Source: a virus
DNA length: 64,000 nt
Strand: one strand, 5' to 3'
Virus record (IMG/VR): IMGVR_UViG_3300009790_000004
Coordinates: 45,783-109,782 of that record
Shown here: in pieces, positions 16,346-24,646 of the stretch
Position numbering within the stretch: position 1 is the stretch's first letter
Layout: each line of letters opens with the position of its first letter
Made by a program: the position numbers and the translations under genes
The notes under the pieces: generated by a model
Seen by the model: the letters and a program-made list of their open reading frames with translations, nothing else
Database searches by the model: none
Told to the model about the DNA's origin: nothing

Positions 16346-17649
16346 AAAAGATTGCTGTAATTGGTGCTGGTGTTATTGGTATTAATTCTGTCTTACAATT
16401 GATAGAAGAAAGAACTAAATCAGATGCAGAGAATGAATGTAAAATAGTATGGATATATGATACTTCAATAGATATATTTGGTATCGGAGAATCAACAACT
16501 CCATCATTATCAGGACAAATTGCAAGTCCACCTTCATACTTAAGATATGATTCTAAAGATTACTTTGATGCTACGATTAAGTTTGGAAATAGATTTATAG
16601 GATGGGGTAAAAATGGTGGAGATTTTACTAGATATTTTCCAATGTCTCGTGCTGCTATACATTTTGATACGAGATTGTTCAGTAGTTTCTTCATTGAGCA
16701 TTTAAATAGTGAGACTTGTTATAACTTTGAAGCAAGAGATACTAAGATAAAATCAATAATATTTGATGAAGATCCTATTGGTGGACATTGTTTTGGTGTT
16801 CATATTGATGGAGAATCTTATGATTTTGTATTAGATTGTAGTGGTGGTAAATCATTAGTTAATGATGATTATTATTTTGATTCACCATTTGATACATGTA
16901 ATACTGTCCTTGCTACTAGACTACCAGAACCAGCAGATTGGGGTTATACATTAACACAAACCACTCGAAATGGTTGGATGTTTGGTATTCCATTACAGTC
17001 AAGAAGAACCTACGGTTATGCTTACAATTCAAGTGTTACTTCAGAAGAAGAAGCACAACAAGAGTTTAGAAGTTTAGTTCCACAAGAAGGATATCAGTAT
17101 AAGAAATTAACATGGAAACCACGATTCTCTAACTATGTTTTACACCATAGTGGTAGATATGCTCGTAATGGTAATGCACTAGGATTTCTTGATCCATTAG
17201 AAGCATTAGCGGGAATGTATTATGATAAGGTAACAGATAAGACTGCAAAATATGCTCTTGGCGATACATACAATAGTATAGATCTCATCAATAGTATTAA
17301 CAATTGGTATTATCAGGAGATTGTTGGTGATTGGTTATTAAATTCTGCATGGATGTATCATTTTGGATCTGAACATGACACACCATTTTGGCAACAAGTC
17401 TCAAAAAATGCTAAAGATATATTAAACAATAAGGAGATAAATCCTTGTCGATTAATAAGTGATGAACAGACATTTACAGATGATTTGTTTAATATTATTG
17501 GTGACAATCCTGAAATGAAAAAGTTATTTGTACATGATCTTCTTGATGTTGAGTTTACTTTCGATTTCTGTCGAGATTATTATAATTTTATATCATTTAC
17601 TACTGGTATGGGTGCTGAGTATGCTAACAAATTTCCAACATTTACCTAA
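16342..17649 (+). CDS. Flavin-dependent (tryptophan) halogenase family protein
   Basis: GAGVIG FAD motif, GIGESTTP, DATIKFG (catalytic Lys position), GWMFGIPL (WxWxIP variant), GNALGFLDPLEA. Confidence 0.85.
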   Translation: MKKIAVIGAGVIGINSVLQLIEERTKSDAENECKIVWIYDTSIDIFGIGESTTPSLSGQIASPPSYLRYDSKDYFDATIKFGNRFIGWGKNGGDFTRYFPMSRAAIHFDTRLFSSFFIEHLNSETCYNFEARDTKIKSIIFDEDPIGGHCFGVHIDGESYDFVLDCSGGKSLVNDDYYFDSPFDTCNTVLATRLPEPADWGYTLTQTTRNGWMFGIPLQSRRTYGYAYNSSVTSEEEAQQEFRSLVPQEGYQYKKLTWKPRFSNYVLHHSGRYARNGNALGFLDPLEALAGMYYDKVTDKTAKYALGDTYNSIDLINSINNWYYQEIVGDWLLNSAWMYHFGSEHDTPFWQQVSKNAKDILNNKEINPCRLISDEQTFTDDLFNIIGDNPEMKKLFVHDLLDVEFTFDFCRDYYNFISFTTGMGAEYANKFPTFT

Positions 17650-17672
17650 ATATTCTTACTTAAATTATAACT

Positions 17673-19058
17673 ATGACTAGAAAGATTGCTATTATTGGTG
17701 GTGGTGCTGATGCAATATCAGCAGTAATAAATTGTGTATCTAATAGAGATACAATTGATAGTGTATATCAAGATGATGAAATAGTTTGGATCAGAGATTG
17801 TAGTCATGTTATTGATAACAATTGCATACAAGTTGAGTCTGAATGGACAGAAATAGTAGGAGAAAATACAACATTAAATACTATTCATTTCTCACAATTA
17901 CTAGATGGTAAACAGAAATGGGGTAAGAAGTTTATTGGATTTGGTAATAATACTCCTCACAATTTCATGGTAATGTATGAACCAACACATGTAGGTTGGC
18001 ATTTAGATGAGAAGAAACTTGTTGAATTGTTCTGGAATAATTATACTAACACTGCAAGAAATGTTAGACTAATTGATGCTAATGTACCTAATATTGATGT
18101 CACTGATGATTATGTTAAAGTCCTTGATGAACAATATGATTTTGTAATTGACTGCACTAGAGGTTCAATTTGGGATCATAATTCTTATAGTCAAGCATTA
18201 TATAATCCAACAAATGCAACACTAAGTATTACTGTAGAGAAAGAAGCAGAGTTTAATTATACTGCTCATATTGCTGCAAAGAATGGTTATATAACTGGTA
18301 TTCCTACTAAAGATAGACAAACATGGATATATTCATACGATAAAGATATAACAACTAAGGAAGATGCTACACATGATTTTAATCAATATTGTGAGGTTAG
18401 TAACTATGGGTTGCTAAAATTCAATGAATATGATAAACTGTTATCAGATTATTGTATTCACTCTAACAACAGATATGCTAGATGTGGTCGTGCTTTAGGA
18501 TTTAATGATGAATTAAACAACTTTAAGAATTATCTTGAAGGTGATATTGCGGAAGCAATAGCAATATATTTATTTGAAGATCCAGAGAGACAACAAACAG
18601 AATATCAGAGATTAGATGTTGAAGAAAGATATGATGATGGCAAAACAGATTATGCTTCATCACTTGGATTTTATCTACAGTTCGGTTCACAACACAAGAC
18701 AAAATTCTGGGAACAAACTAGAATAAATGCTTGTCATACTTTGGAGAACAGAAAATACTTTGATATATCTGAGAATCTTATACAACATGATTATCTTAAA
18801 ATGAATGAACTTATTCCATTACATGAGAATATTCGTTTAGATTATTTTAGGAGATTAGCAGAAGATGAACAGCGTATGAGGCAAAAGATGACTGCAAACT
18901 CTGATGAACCTTACAGATTGTTAGGTAGTTATCAGATATTTACAGAGACTATTAATGGATTAGGTGCTCCATATGCACATAAATTTCCATTAATGACTGA
19001 ACTTATCCCACCAAAAGAACCATTTGGAGAGATTAATTTAGACCCTATTATATTATGA
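17673..19058 (+). CDS. Divergent halogenase-family paralogue
   Basis: Colinear with the upstream gene but with degenerate motifs: GGGADA, DGKQKWG, GYITGIPT, GRALGFNDEL. Confidence 0.75.
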   Translation: MTRKIAIIGGGADAISAVINCVSNRDTIDSVYQDDEIVWIRDCSHVIDNNCIQVESEWTEIVGENTTLNTIHFSQLLDGKQKWGKKFIGFGNNTPHNFMVMYEPTHVGWHLDEKKLVELFWNNYTNTARNVRLIDANVPNIDVTDDYVKVLDEQYDFVIDCTRGSIWDHNSYSQALYNPTNATLSITVEKEAEFNYTAHIAAKNGYITGIPTKDRQTWIYSYDKDITTKEDATHDFNQYCEVSNYGLLKFNEYDKLLSDYCIHSNNRYARCGRALGFNDELNNFKNYLEGDIAEAIAIYLFEDPERQQTEYQRLDVEERYDDGKTDYASSLGFYLQFGSQHKTKFWEQTRINACHTLENRKYFDISENLIQHDYLKMNELIPLHENIRLDYFRRLAEDEQRMRQKMTANSDEPYRLLGSYQIFTETINGLGAPYAHKFPLMTELIPPKEPFGEINLDPIIL

Positions 19059-19393
19059 CTCCCGATAGACATGATTTTCCTATTATAGGAGATTTCTATA
19101 CTAAAGCAGAAGTGGATCAAATGATTGCTGATGCACTGGCAGAAGCAAGAGCAATAGATGAAGAATCTATGCGTAAACATAACAGAACTGCAACTATTAT
19201 TAGTATGATATTAGGGTTTATATGTTTAGCATTATTTGTAGATGGATTGTTAAGAATATTAGGTATTATTCCACCATTTATGGATTTAGATGTTAATGTT
19301 ATTGATGATATTATAGATAAGGTGGAGAGTGATATTATGCCACTCGTTCAAGATACAGCAACAAAAGCACAACGGTACATTCCAGGAAGATGA
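19055..19393 (+). CDS. Small cyanobacterial-like membrane protein
   Basis: Helical N-part followed by a TM segment (IISMILGFICLALFVDGLLRILGIIPPF); ATGA coupling. Confidence 0.75.
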   Translation: MTPDRHDFPIIGDFYTKAEVDQMIADALAEARAIDEESMRKHNRTATIISMILGFICLALFVDGLLRILGIIPPFMDLDVNVIDDIIDKVESDIMPLVQDTATKAQRYIPGR

Positions 19394-19674
19394 CTTTTCT
19401 AATCGCTATTATGTCATTCGCAAACTTTGTATTCTATCCTTTAGTGGTAGGTTCAATTATTGCTGTTATTATCGAACAGATATTGAGAGCAAGAGGTGAT
19501 GATGATAACCCACAAGATGTGAGAAATGTAGTCATATCAATGGGTATCAGGAAATATCTTATTAGACAAGCATGGTTATTTAATATAATATGGTTTGTTG
19601 GTTATTTTATTCTTATGTTTACAATAGGTAGACAAGGACAACAACCAATGCCTGATCTTATTTGGCAAGGATAA
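19390..19674 (+). CDS. Two-TM membrane protein
   Basis: Two hydrophobic helices; ATGA overlap with the previous gene. Confidence 0.75.
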   Translation: MTFLIAIMSFANFVFYPLVVGSIIAVIIEQILRARGDDDNPQDVRNVVISMGIRKYLIRQAWLFNIIWFVGYFILMFTIGRQGQQPMPDLIWQG

Positions 19675-19826
19675 TGATTTTAGTTATTATAATAGTATCA
19701 TTATTACTCTTATTAGTTGTTGGTGGACTTTACCTTACATTTGGTAGTGGTAGTAAACAATTAAGAGATCCTATTGATGAACATGCTAAAATGCACGAGT
19801 TAGGTATAGCACATAAACATGATTAA
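19674..19826 (+). CDS. psbN: PsbN-like photosystem assembly factor (50 aa)
   Basis: Hand translation: MILVIIIVSLLLLLVVGGLYLTFGSGSKQLRDPIDEHAKMHELGIAHKHD. A TM helix followed by Y..FG..SK.LRDP..EH is the PsbN signature. Not in the ORF track. Confidence 0.8.
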   Translation: MILVIIIVSLLLLLVVGGLYLTFGSGSKQLRDPIDEHAKMHELGIAHKHD

Positions 19827-19947
19827 CTTATCTCCTGATTCATTAAGAATACTCGCTATAATGATATTAGGGTTAATATGGTTTTATTTGGTTATAGAAC
19901 AAATTGCAGTTAATTCAACTCAGAAAGATGACAATGAACCCAGATAA
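19819..19947 (+). CDS. Small single-TM protein (42 aa)
   Basis: MINLSPDSLRILAIMILGLIWFYLVIEQ...; overlaps both neighbours. Confidence 0.6.
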   Translation: MINLSPDSLRILAIMILGLIWFYLVIEQIAVNSTQKDDNEPR

Positions 19948-20149
19948 TATTCCATTAAGGAATACATCACAAGAATTTGAATATGAGAAAATATCAAGAG
20001 AAATAGATCGTTGTAATGATGTGAAAGAATTGCAGACAATGTGTAAGTTTTTAGTTAAATTAGAGATGAAAACTAGAGAGAATTATAGTATTATGATTGC
20101 TGATACTCTTGACGCAATGAATTTAGATCTACCACAGGACACTTTATAA
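19934..20149 (+). CDS. nblA: NblA-like phycobilisome degradation adaptor
   Basis: 71 aa, two-helix pattern: L...SQEFEYEKISREIDRCNDVKELQTMCKFLVKLEMKTREN, resembling the NblA L.LEQQF ... L...M...N pattern. Confidence 0.6.
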   Translation: MNPDNIPLRNTSQEFEYEKISREIDRCNDVKELQTMCKFLVKLEMKTRENYSIMIADTLDAMNLDLPQDTL

Positions 20150-20213
20150 ACTGTCTGTTTTATGTAAAGAGTTGTTACAATACCATTTCTTGTCAACCAT
20201 TGTCCTTTATAAT
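20138..20213 (+). promoter_or_regulatory. Dyad plus -10 element
   Basis: GACACT-TTATAA-ACTGTC (20138-20155); TATAAT at 20208-20213, further away than in the other copies. Confidence 0.55.
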
Positions 20214-20242
20214 ATGGGAGTACAAGCGAATTTTAACTACCT

Positions 20243-20689
20243 ATGCCAACTGCATCTACAGCGAAAACAACAACAACTCGCAAAAGACGCACACGCAAAA
20301 CTACCACTCCAAAATCAACTGCTAAGGTTATTAAGGAGATTCAAGCAGTTTTAGATGCACCAACACCTAAATCTCTTGATAAGGTACAACCAACAGTTAA
20401 AAAGACACCTGTAAAGAGAACTCCTAAAGCAAAAGTTTCCACTCCTAAATATCAGCAACCTGTTGAGATTAAGAAAGTGACTGAAACTAAAGCAACTAAA
20501 GTTCGTCCTGCTAAACCAAATCTAACCATTGCAGATTACACTGCTGATATTAAAGTTAGATGGGAAATTCATCAGTGGGAAACACAAGAACTTTGGAATG
20601 ATGTAGTTAAAGGTTATAACAATGCTAAACCATTTGTTATTAAATCTGTTGATTATGTCAAGGAGTCCTACAACAGAGCATTTAACTAG
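20243..20689 (+). CDS. Basic Lys/Thr/Pro-rich early protein
   Basis: Histone-H1-like low-complexity N-half (TTRKRRTRKTTTPK) and a helical C-terminal domain. Confidence 0.75.
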   Translation: MPTASTAKTTTTRKRRTRKTTTPKSTAKVIKEIQAVLDAPTPKSLDKVQPTVKKTPVKRTPKAKVSTPKYQQPVEIKKVTETKATKVRPAKPNLTIADYTADIKVRWEIHQWETQELWNDVVKGYNNAKPFVIKSVDYVKESYNRAFN

Positions 20690-20745
20690 ACCAGTTAACA
20701 AAGTGTCACCCAACCCCTTCACAGGGGTTTTTTTATTGCTATAAT
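20690..20745 (+). promoter_or_regulatory. Early promoter with dyad and stem-loop
   Basis: ACCAGT-N6-AGTGTC (20690-20707), hairpin, extended -10 TGCTATAAT ending at 20745. Confidence 0.8.
20712..20734 (+). terminator. Rho-independent terminator embedded in the promoter
   Basis: AACCCCT-tcac-AGGGGTT followed by a T run. Confidence 0.7.
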
Positions 20746-20751
20746 AAGAAT

Positions 20752-20964
20752 GTTGAGGGATATGTGGTTCCTATGCCCGAAAACTCACCTGACGGTAACT
20801 GATTCGCTCATCCGCAGTAATTGAGTTAGTAGGGGTTCAGGTGTAAGCGATTCCCATAGGGTAAATTTGGGCATAGTAGGTGAAACCTCTGTTGATGCCC
20901 CACTCCCTCAACTGCTGCATGTCCCTTTGGTGGTTTCAGACATGGAGGCGATAGGAAACCACCA
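20752..20964 (+). ncRNA. Candidate highly structured non-coding RNA (~210 nt)
   Basis: GC-richer island with no credible ORF, starting 7 nt after TATAAT; several long complementary helices and pseudoknots (detailed in findings). Confidence 0.75.
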
Positions 20965-20985
20965 CAATATTGTACACAATTCCAC

Positions 20986-21690
20986 ATGAATTCCACACTC
21001 GCTGGCAAAAAAGCAAAAGCAGATGGACACAAATATGAGGTGGATTGTGTTGCAATGTTAAATAAACTCTTCGGTGGCGATCATGCTACTGATGGGAGAC
21101 CACAGACTAAAGTAGATGTATATGATAAGGAAGGAGTTAACACTTATTCAGTCAAAAATGTATCAAAAAACCACACTCAAGTGGCATTATTGTCCAGTCA
21201 AAAGTTTATAGATCATTTCAATCTTACTGATTCTGGATGTGAACGATTCATCAATATGTTCTTTGGATATTATAACAAAGAACTACAATCTATTGTTGAA
21301 AGTAAGCATCCAGAATTGTCTCTAAGTGATGCTGAGATAAGACAAAATAGGGTCTATAAGAATAACATATCAGATAGTATTATAGATGAGTTCTTAACAT
21401 TTATGAACTCAAATAAGATAGAGATATTTGATATTATTGTGAGGCGAGGGTTCAATGGTGATGCAGTTAATCATATAATATGGAGGAATAAAATAACAAC
21501 TTCTGTTAATATTATAGATGTTGAATCCCTTGCTTCATTGGTAGAAAATGGTATTTGGAAAATAAATAATACTACATTAGAGTTTAGAACTGCTGATAAC
21601 ATTAAACTATTTCATTTACAAATGAAAGGAAGTGGCAAGAAATATAATAGTGGTTATCATGGTATGATGTTTCACATGTATTGGAGTTAA
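20986..21690 (+). CDS. PD-(D/E)XK endonuclease, type II restriction enzyme-like (MspI/HinP1I-like)
   Basis: GKKAKADGHKYE, TKVDV, YSVKN, HTQV and LFHLQMKGSG parallel the G..E / KTD / SxK / QV / LQxKG motif series. No methyltransferase in the window. Confidence 0.65.
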   Translation: MNSTLAGKKAKADGHKYEVDCVAMLNKLFGGDHATDGRPQTKVDVYDKEGVNTYSVKNVSKNHTQVALLSSQKFIDHFNLTDSGCERFINMFFGYYNKELQSIVESKHPELSLSDAEIRQNRVYKNNISDSIIDEFLTFMNSNKIEIFDIIVRRGFNGDAVNHIIWRNKITTSVNIIDVESLASLVENGIWKINNTTLEFRTADNIKLFHLQMKGSGKKYNSGYHGMMFHMYWS

Positions 21691-21693
21691 TTA

Positions 21694-21852
21694 ATGCTAA
21701 CAACTACTAATACTGATTATCACTCTGAGTATTGGATTATGAATCAACATATACATCCAAATGCTAGACTAGATAATAAAGAAGACATTAAATCTATAGA
21801 TAATAATATTAGTAACCCAAACCGTAATTTATTAATTAAGTATGTCAATTAA
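21694..21852 (+). CDS. Hypothetical protein (52 aa)
   Basis: Hand-translated ORF filling the gap after the nuclease. Confidence 0.5.
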   Translation: MLTTTNTDYHSEYWIMNQHIHPNARLDNKEDIKSIDNNISNPNRNLLIKYVN

Positions 21853-22012
21853 GGGTACACACGACATTTATCACGAAGAAATAGAGATATGGAAGAGTAG
21901 ATTTTACTCTCTATATCATTGGGTAGAGCAACAAGAATTTAGCGAAGAGTTCCCATTATCTGAGGTAGTGGACACTCAAGAAACTGTCTATACATCATCA
22001 AAATACAAATAA
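21842..22012 (+). CDS. Hypothetical protein (56 aa)
   Basis: Hand-translated ORF overlapping the previous stop. Confidence 0.5.
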   Translation: MSIKGTHDIYHEEIEIWKSRFYSLYHWVEQQEFSEEFPLSEVVDTQETVYTSSKYK

Positions 22013-22026
22013 CATAATGCTATACT
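21971..22026 (+). promoter_or_regulatory. Early promoter with dyad
   Basis: GACACT-N6-ACTGTC (21971-21988); extended -10 TGCTATACT ending at 22026. Confidence 0.75.
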
Positions 22027-22049
22027 GACTATATGGTCAGGAAAACAAT

Positions 22050-23321
22050 TTGATTAAACTTCGGTCTCATCAGTCTCGTGCTTTAGACAAACTAAAGTCA
22101 AGAGATAAGGGTTGTGTCTATGTTCCTACTGGTGGTGGCAAGACTATCATCATGTTAGAGGATTTAGTACAACGATTACAGAGTGCTCATTCACCACAAA
22201 CAGTGGTAATCGTAGCACCTAGAATATTACTTGCTGGTCAATTATGTTCTGAATTCTTAGAATATATTGATGGCAATTCTGATTTCGATTATGATAACAA
22301 CTATAACATATTACATGTTCATAGTGGTGAAACTGTTTACGATTCATCTACTAAATCAGATTATATAAGAGAATGGGTGATAGATAGAAACTTTCTAATT
22401 CAACATTCAATTATATTTTCCACTTATCATTCTTTGGGTAGAATTGTTGACTCTGAAATAGATGTTGATGTATTATATTGTGATGAAGCACATAACGCAA
22501 CACAAAAACATCATTTTGTGGGAGTTGCTGCTACATCAACAAATGCAACTAACAGTTATTTCTTTACAGCAACACCCAAATATACTAGAGGTGGATGTAA
22601 TCGTGGCATGAACAATGTTGATGTGTTTGGTAATACTTTAATTAGTGTACCTGCACCTGAACTTGTTAACAATGGGAGTATAATACCACCCAAATTAGTA
22701 GTACATGAAACTGAACATGTACGCACTAAGTATAACGCACATGATGTAGATCGTGAGATGGTATTAGAAATCATTGATGATTTACAAGAAGAAGAATCAG
22801 CAAAAGTGTTAGTTGCTGCCCCTAATACTAAAGTATTATGGAATATGCTATCACAAACTGATATTTTGCATATTTTAAAATGTAAGGGGTATGATATACT
22901 TCATATCACATCTAAGCATGGTGCATATATTAATAGAAAGAAAGTTGGTAGGGATAAATTCTTTCAAACTCTAACAGATTGGGGTAAGGATGATGATAAA
23001 AAGTTTATCGTATTTCATTACTCAATATTATCTGAAGGGATCAATGTTCCAGGATTAACTCATACTATTCTATTAAGAAATCTACCTGTTATTGAAATGG
23101 CACAGACAATAGGTAGAGTTATTCGCCTACATAAAGATGACGCAAAAGATATTGCCAACGGTAATATTGCTGCTGGTAATTATCAATTATATCGTAAATC
23201 TCATGGAGTCGTAACTGTGCCATTATGCGGTAAAGCATCTCTGGCAACTAGGAATAGACTACAAAAGATAATTGAATTAATCTTTGAAGATGGTCTCCCT
23301 GCTCACTCATTCGCATATTAA
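22050..23321 (+). CDS. Superfamily 2 helicase (DEAH box, ResIII-like)
   Basis: PTGGGKT, DEAH, TATP, EGINVP and QTIGRVIR motifs; TTG start. Confidence 0.9.
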   Translation: MIKLRSHQSRALDKLKSRDKGCVYVPTGGGKTIIMLEDLVQRLQSAHSPQTVVIVAPRILLAGQLCSEFLEYIDGNSDFDYDNNYNILHVHSGETVYDSSTKSDYIREWVIDRNFLIQHSIIFSTYHSLGRIVDSEIDVDVLYCDEAHNATQKHHFVGVAATSTNATNSYFFTATPKYTRGGCNRGMNNVDVFGNTLISVPAPELVNNGSIIPPKLVVHETEHVRTKYNAHDVDREMVLEIIDDLQEEESAKVLVAAPNTKVLWNMLSQTDILHILKCKGYDILHITSKHGAYINRKKVGRDKFFQTLTDWGKDDDKKFIVFHYSILSEGINVPGLTHTILLRNLPVIEMAQTIGRVIRLHKDDAKDIANGNIAAGNYQLYRKSHGVVTVPLCGKASLATRNRLQKIIELIFEDGLPAHSFAY

Positions 23322-23323
23322 CA

Positions 23324-23485
23324 ATGGCAAAGTATTTACACACAATTTATTATAAGAATAACGGTGGTTCTACATTAGAATCTACTATTATTGCTGAAAC
23401 ACCAGATGATGCTAAATCATCATTTATTGCAAGCAATCCAAATGCTTCAATAGACAAAATCCTAACAACTGTACCTGCTAAGTAA
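23324..23485 (+). CDS. Hypothetical protein (53 aa)
   Basis: Hand-translated; similar pattern to the next ORF. Confidence 0.6.
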   Translation: MAKYLHTIYYKNNGGSTLESTIIAETPDDAKSSFIASNPNASIDKILTTVPAK

Positions 23486-23489
23486 CATC

Positions 23490-23645
23490 ATGTTTTTTGA
23501 AATTCGCAAACAAGAAGTAGTATTTTATCACCCTAATCATGGATTACAAAGTGTTATTGTAAACTCTAATAATCCTGATGGTGCTAAACAATTAATACTA
23601 GAACAGTATGGCAATGTTGACATCAAGAGGGTGAATTCCCTCTAG
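23490..23645 (+). CDS. Hypothetical protein (51 aa)
   Basis: Hand-translated; SVIVNSNNPDGAKQLI resembles STIIAETPDDAKSSF of the previous ORF. Confidence 0.6.
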   Translation: MFFEIRKQEVVFYHPNHGLQSVIVNSNNPDGAKQLILEQYGNVDIKRVNSL

Positions 23646-23654
23646 GAGGATAAC

Positions 23655-23852
23655 ATGAATGTACCAAATTGGCAACACCACAGTAAAAAAGAACAGAAAA
23701 GGACTTTAAGACCACAGGCACTAAGAAGTGCCAAGGCAAGAGTCAAACAGTTTAAGAAGTGTCACATGACCCCTTACAAAAACACTTGTAAGGGGTTATA
23801 CTATGTAAGTACACAACAAAAGGTGATTAATGCCAAACACTCCACCCATTGA
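23655..23852 (+). CDS. Small basic cyanophage protein
   Basis: AGGAGG RBS; MNVPNWQHHSKKEQKRTLRPQALR. Confidence 0.7.
   Translation: MNVPNWQHHSKKEQKRTLRPQALRSAKARVKQFKKCHMTPYKNTCKGLYYVSTQQKVINAKHSTH
23746..23802 (+). promoter_or_regulatory. Early promoter with dyad and stem-loop
   Basis: AACAGT-N6-AGTGTC (23746-23763); 12-bp hairpin 23768-23797; TATACT at 23797-23802. Confidence 0.75.
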
Positions 23853-24204
23853 GTTAGATCAACGAGGTGTTAGAACTGCCCCAACTGATGTCAAAGCACA
23901 ACAAGCGGATGTTCTTAATTATACCAAGTTTCTAACACAAATACTTGAGCAACATTACATTCAACAGTATCCAAATTCAGGCAACAAGTTAACATTTACT
24001 ATTGAAACTGGTAGAAGATATTTAAAGATAATTCAAGACAATTCAGTACACGCATTTGTTGATAAAACTACAGGTGATGTATACAAACCAGCAGGTTGGA
24101 AATCACCAGCAAAGATAGTAAGATATAATTTATTAGATGAACAATCACGCATTAAGTGTTATCAATGTGCTGATTGGGCAGGTGGTTATCTATATTTAAG
24201 ATAG
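23830..24204 (+). CDS. Conserved phage hypothetical protein
   Basis: AAGGTG RBS; GRRYLKI..SVHAFVDKTTGDVYKPAGWKSPAK motif. Confidence 0.8.
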   Translation: MPNTPPIELDQRGVRTAPTDVKAQQADVLNYTKFLTQILEQHYIQQYPNSGNKLTFTIETGRRYLKIIQDNSVHAFVDKTTGDVYKPAGWKSPAKIVRYNLLDEQSRIKCYQCADWAGGYLYLR

Positions 24205-24216
24205 GGGGATTATAAT

Positions 24217-24402
24217 ATGTCAGCATTTAATCAACTTGATTTGTTATCAGATTGTTTAGAAGATTTCTGCACTAAGTACAACTTAGAGTTTATGAGTGCA
24301 GATGATATTTTATACGGTGATTCTGATGGTAAATTAACAAGTTACCAGAGAGATTGGTTGAGAAACTATATCTCAGTCTGGGACACTATTGTAAACCTAT
24401 GA
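24217..24402 (+). CDS. Hypothetical early protein
   Basis: GGGGA RBS; tightly packed ORF. Confidence 0.7.
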   Translation: MSAFNQLDLLSDCLEDFCTKYNLEFMSADDILYGDSDGKLTSYQRDWLRNYISVWDTIVNL

Positions 24403-24412
24403 GGATTTAATC

Positions 24413-24640
24413 ATGTATCAAAGTGAATTTTTTGGAAGACATTTCTGGGTTGATGATGATTTAGAGTTGAAATCTGCACCGTCATATATTGATGGTACTG
24501 CTGATTTTGAACTCGAAGATTATGTTTCAAACTGGGAAGATTGGGAGGGAGTTAATGTTAGTTTACTCTTAGACATTTACAAGTGTGAAATATTAAATAA
24601 GAAAGATTATTCAGGTTCATTATCACACAAAGGAGCGTAA
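24413..24640 (+). CDS. Hypothetical acidic early protein
   Basis: GAGGA RBS; tightly packed ORF. Confidence 0.7.
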   Translation: MYQSEFFGRHFWVDDDLELKSAPSYIDGTADFELEDYVSNWEDWEGVNVSLLLDIYKCEILNKKDYSGSLSHKGA

Positions 24641-24646
24641 CTAACA

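Noticed and set aside
20752-20964. tRNA or tmRNA reading of the structured RNA (ends in CCACCA; contains GGGGTTC...GATTCCC)
   Set aside because: No intact T-loop or cloverleaf, no alanine-type acceptor stem, and the CCACCA is paired in the pseudoknot stem.
20826-21032. 68-aa minus-strand ORF
   Set aside because: Antisense to the structured RNA and the nuclease start; no RBS or recognisable motif.
20986-23321. Nuclease plus helicase as a type I/III restriction-modification operon
   Set aside because: Separated by two ORFs and an independent promoter; no methyltransferase or specificity subunit.
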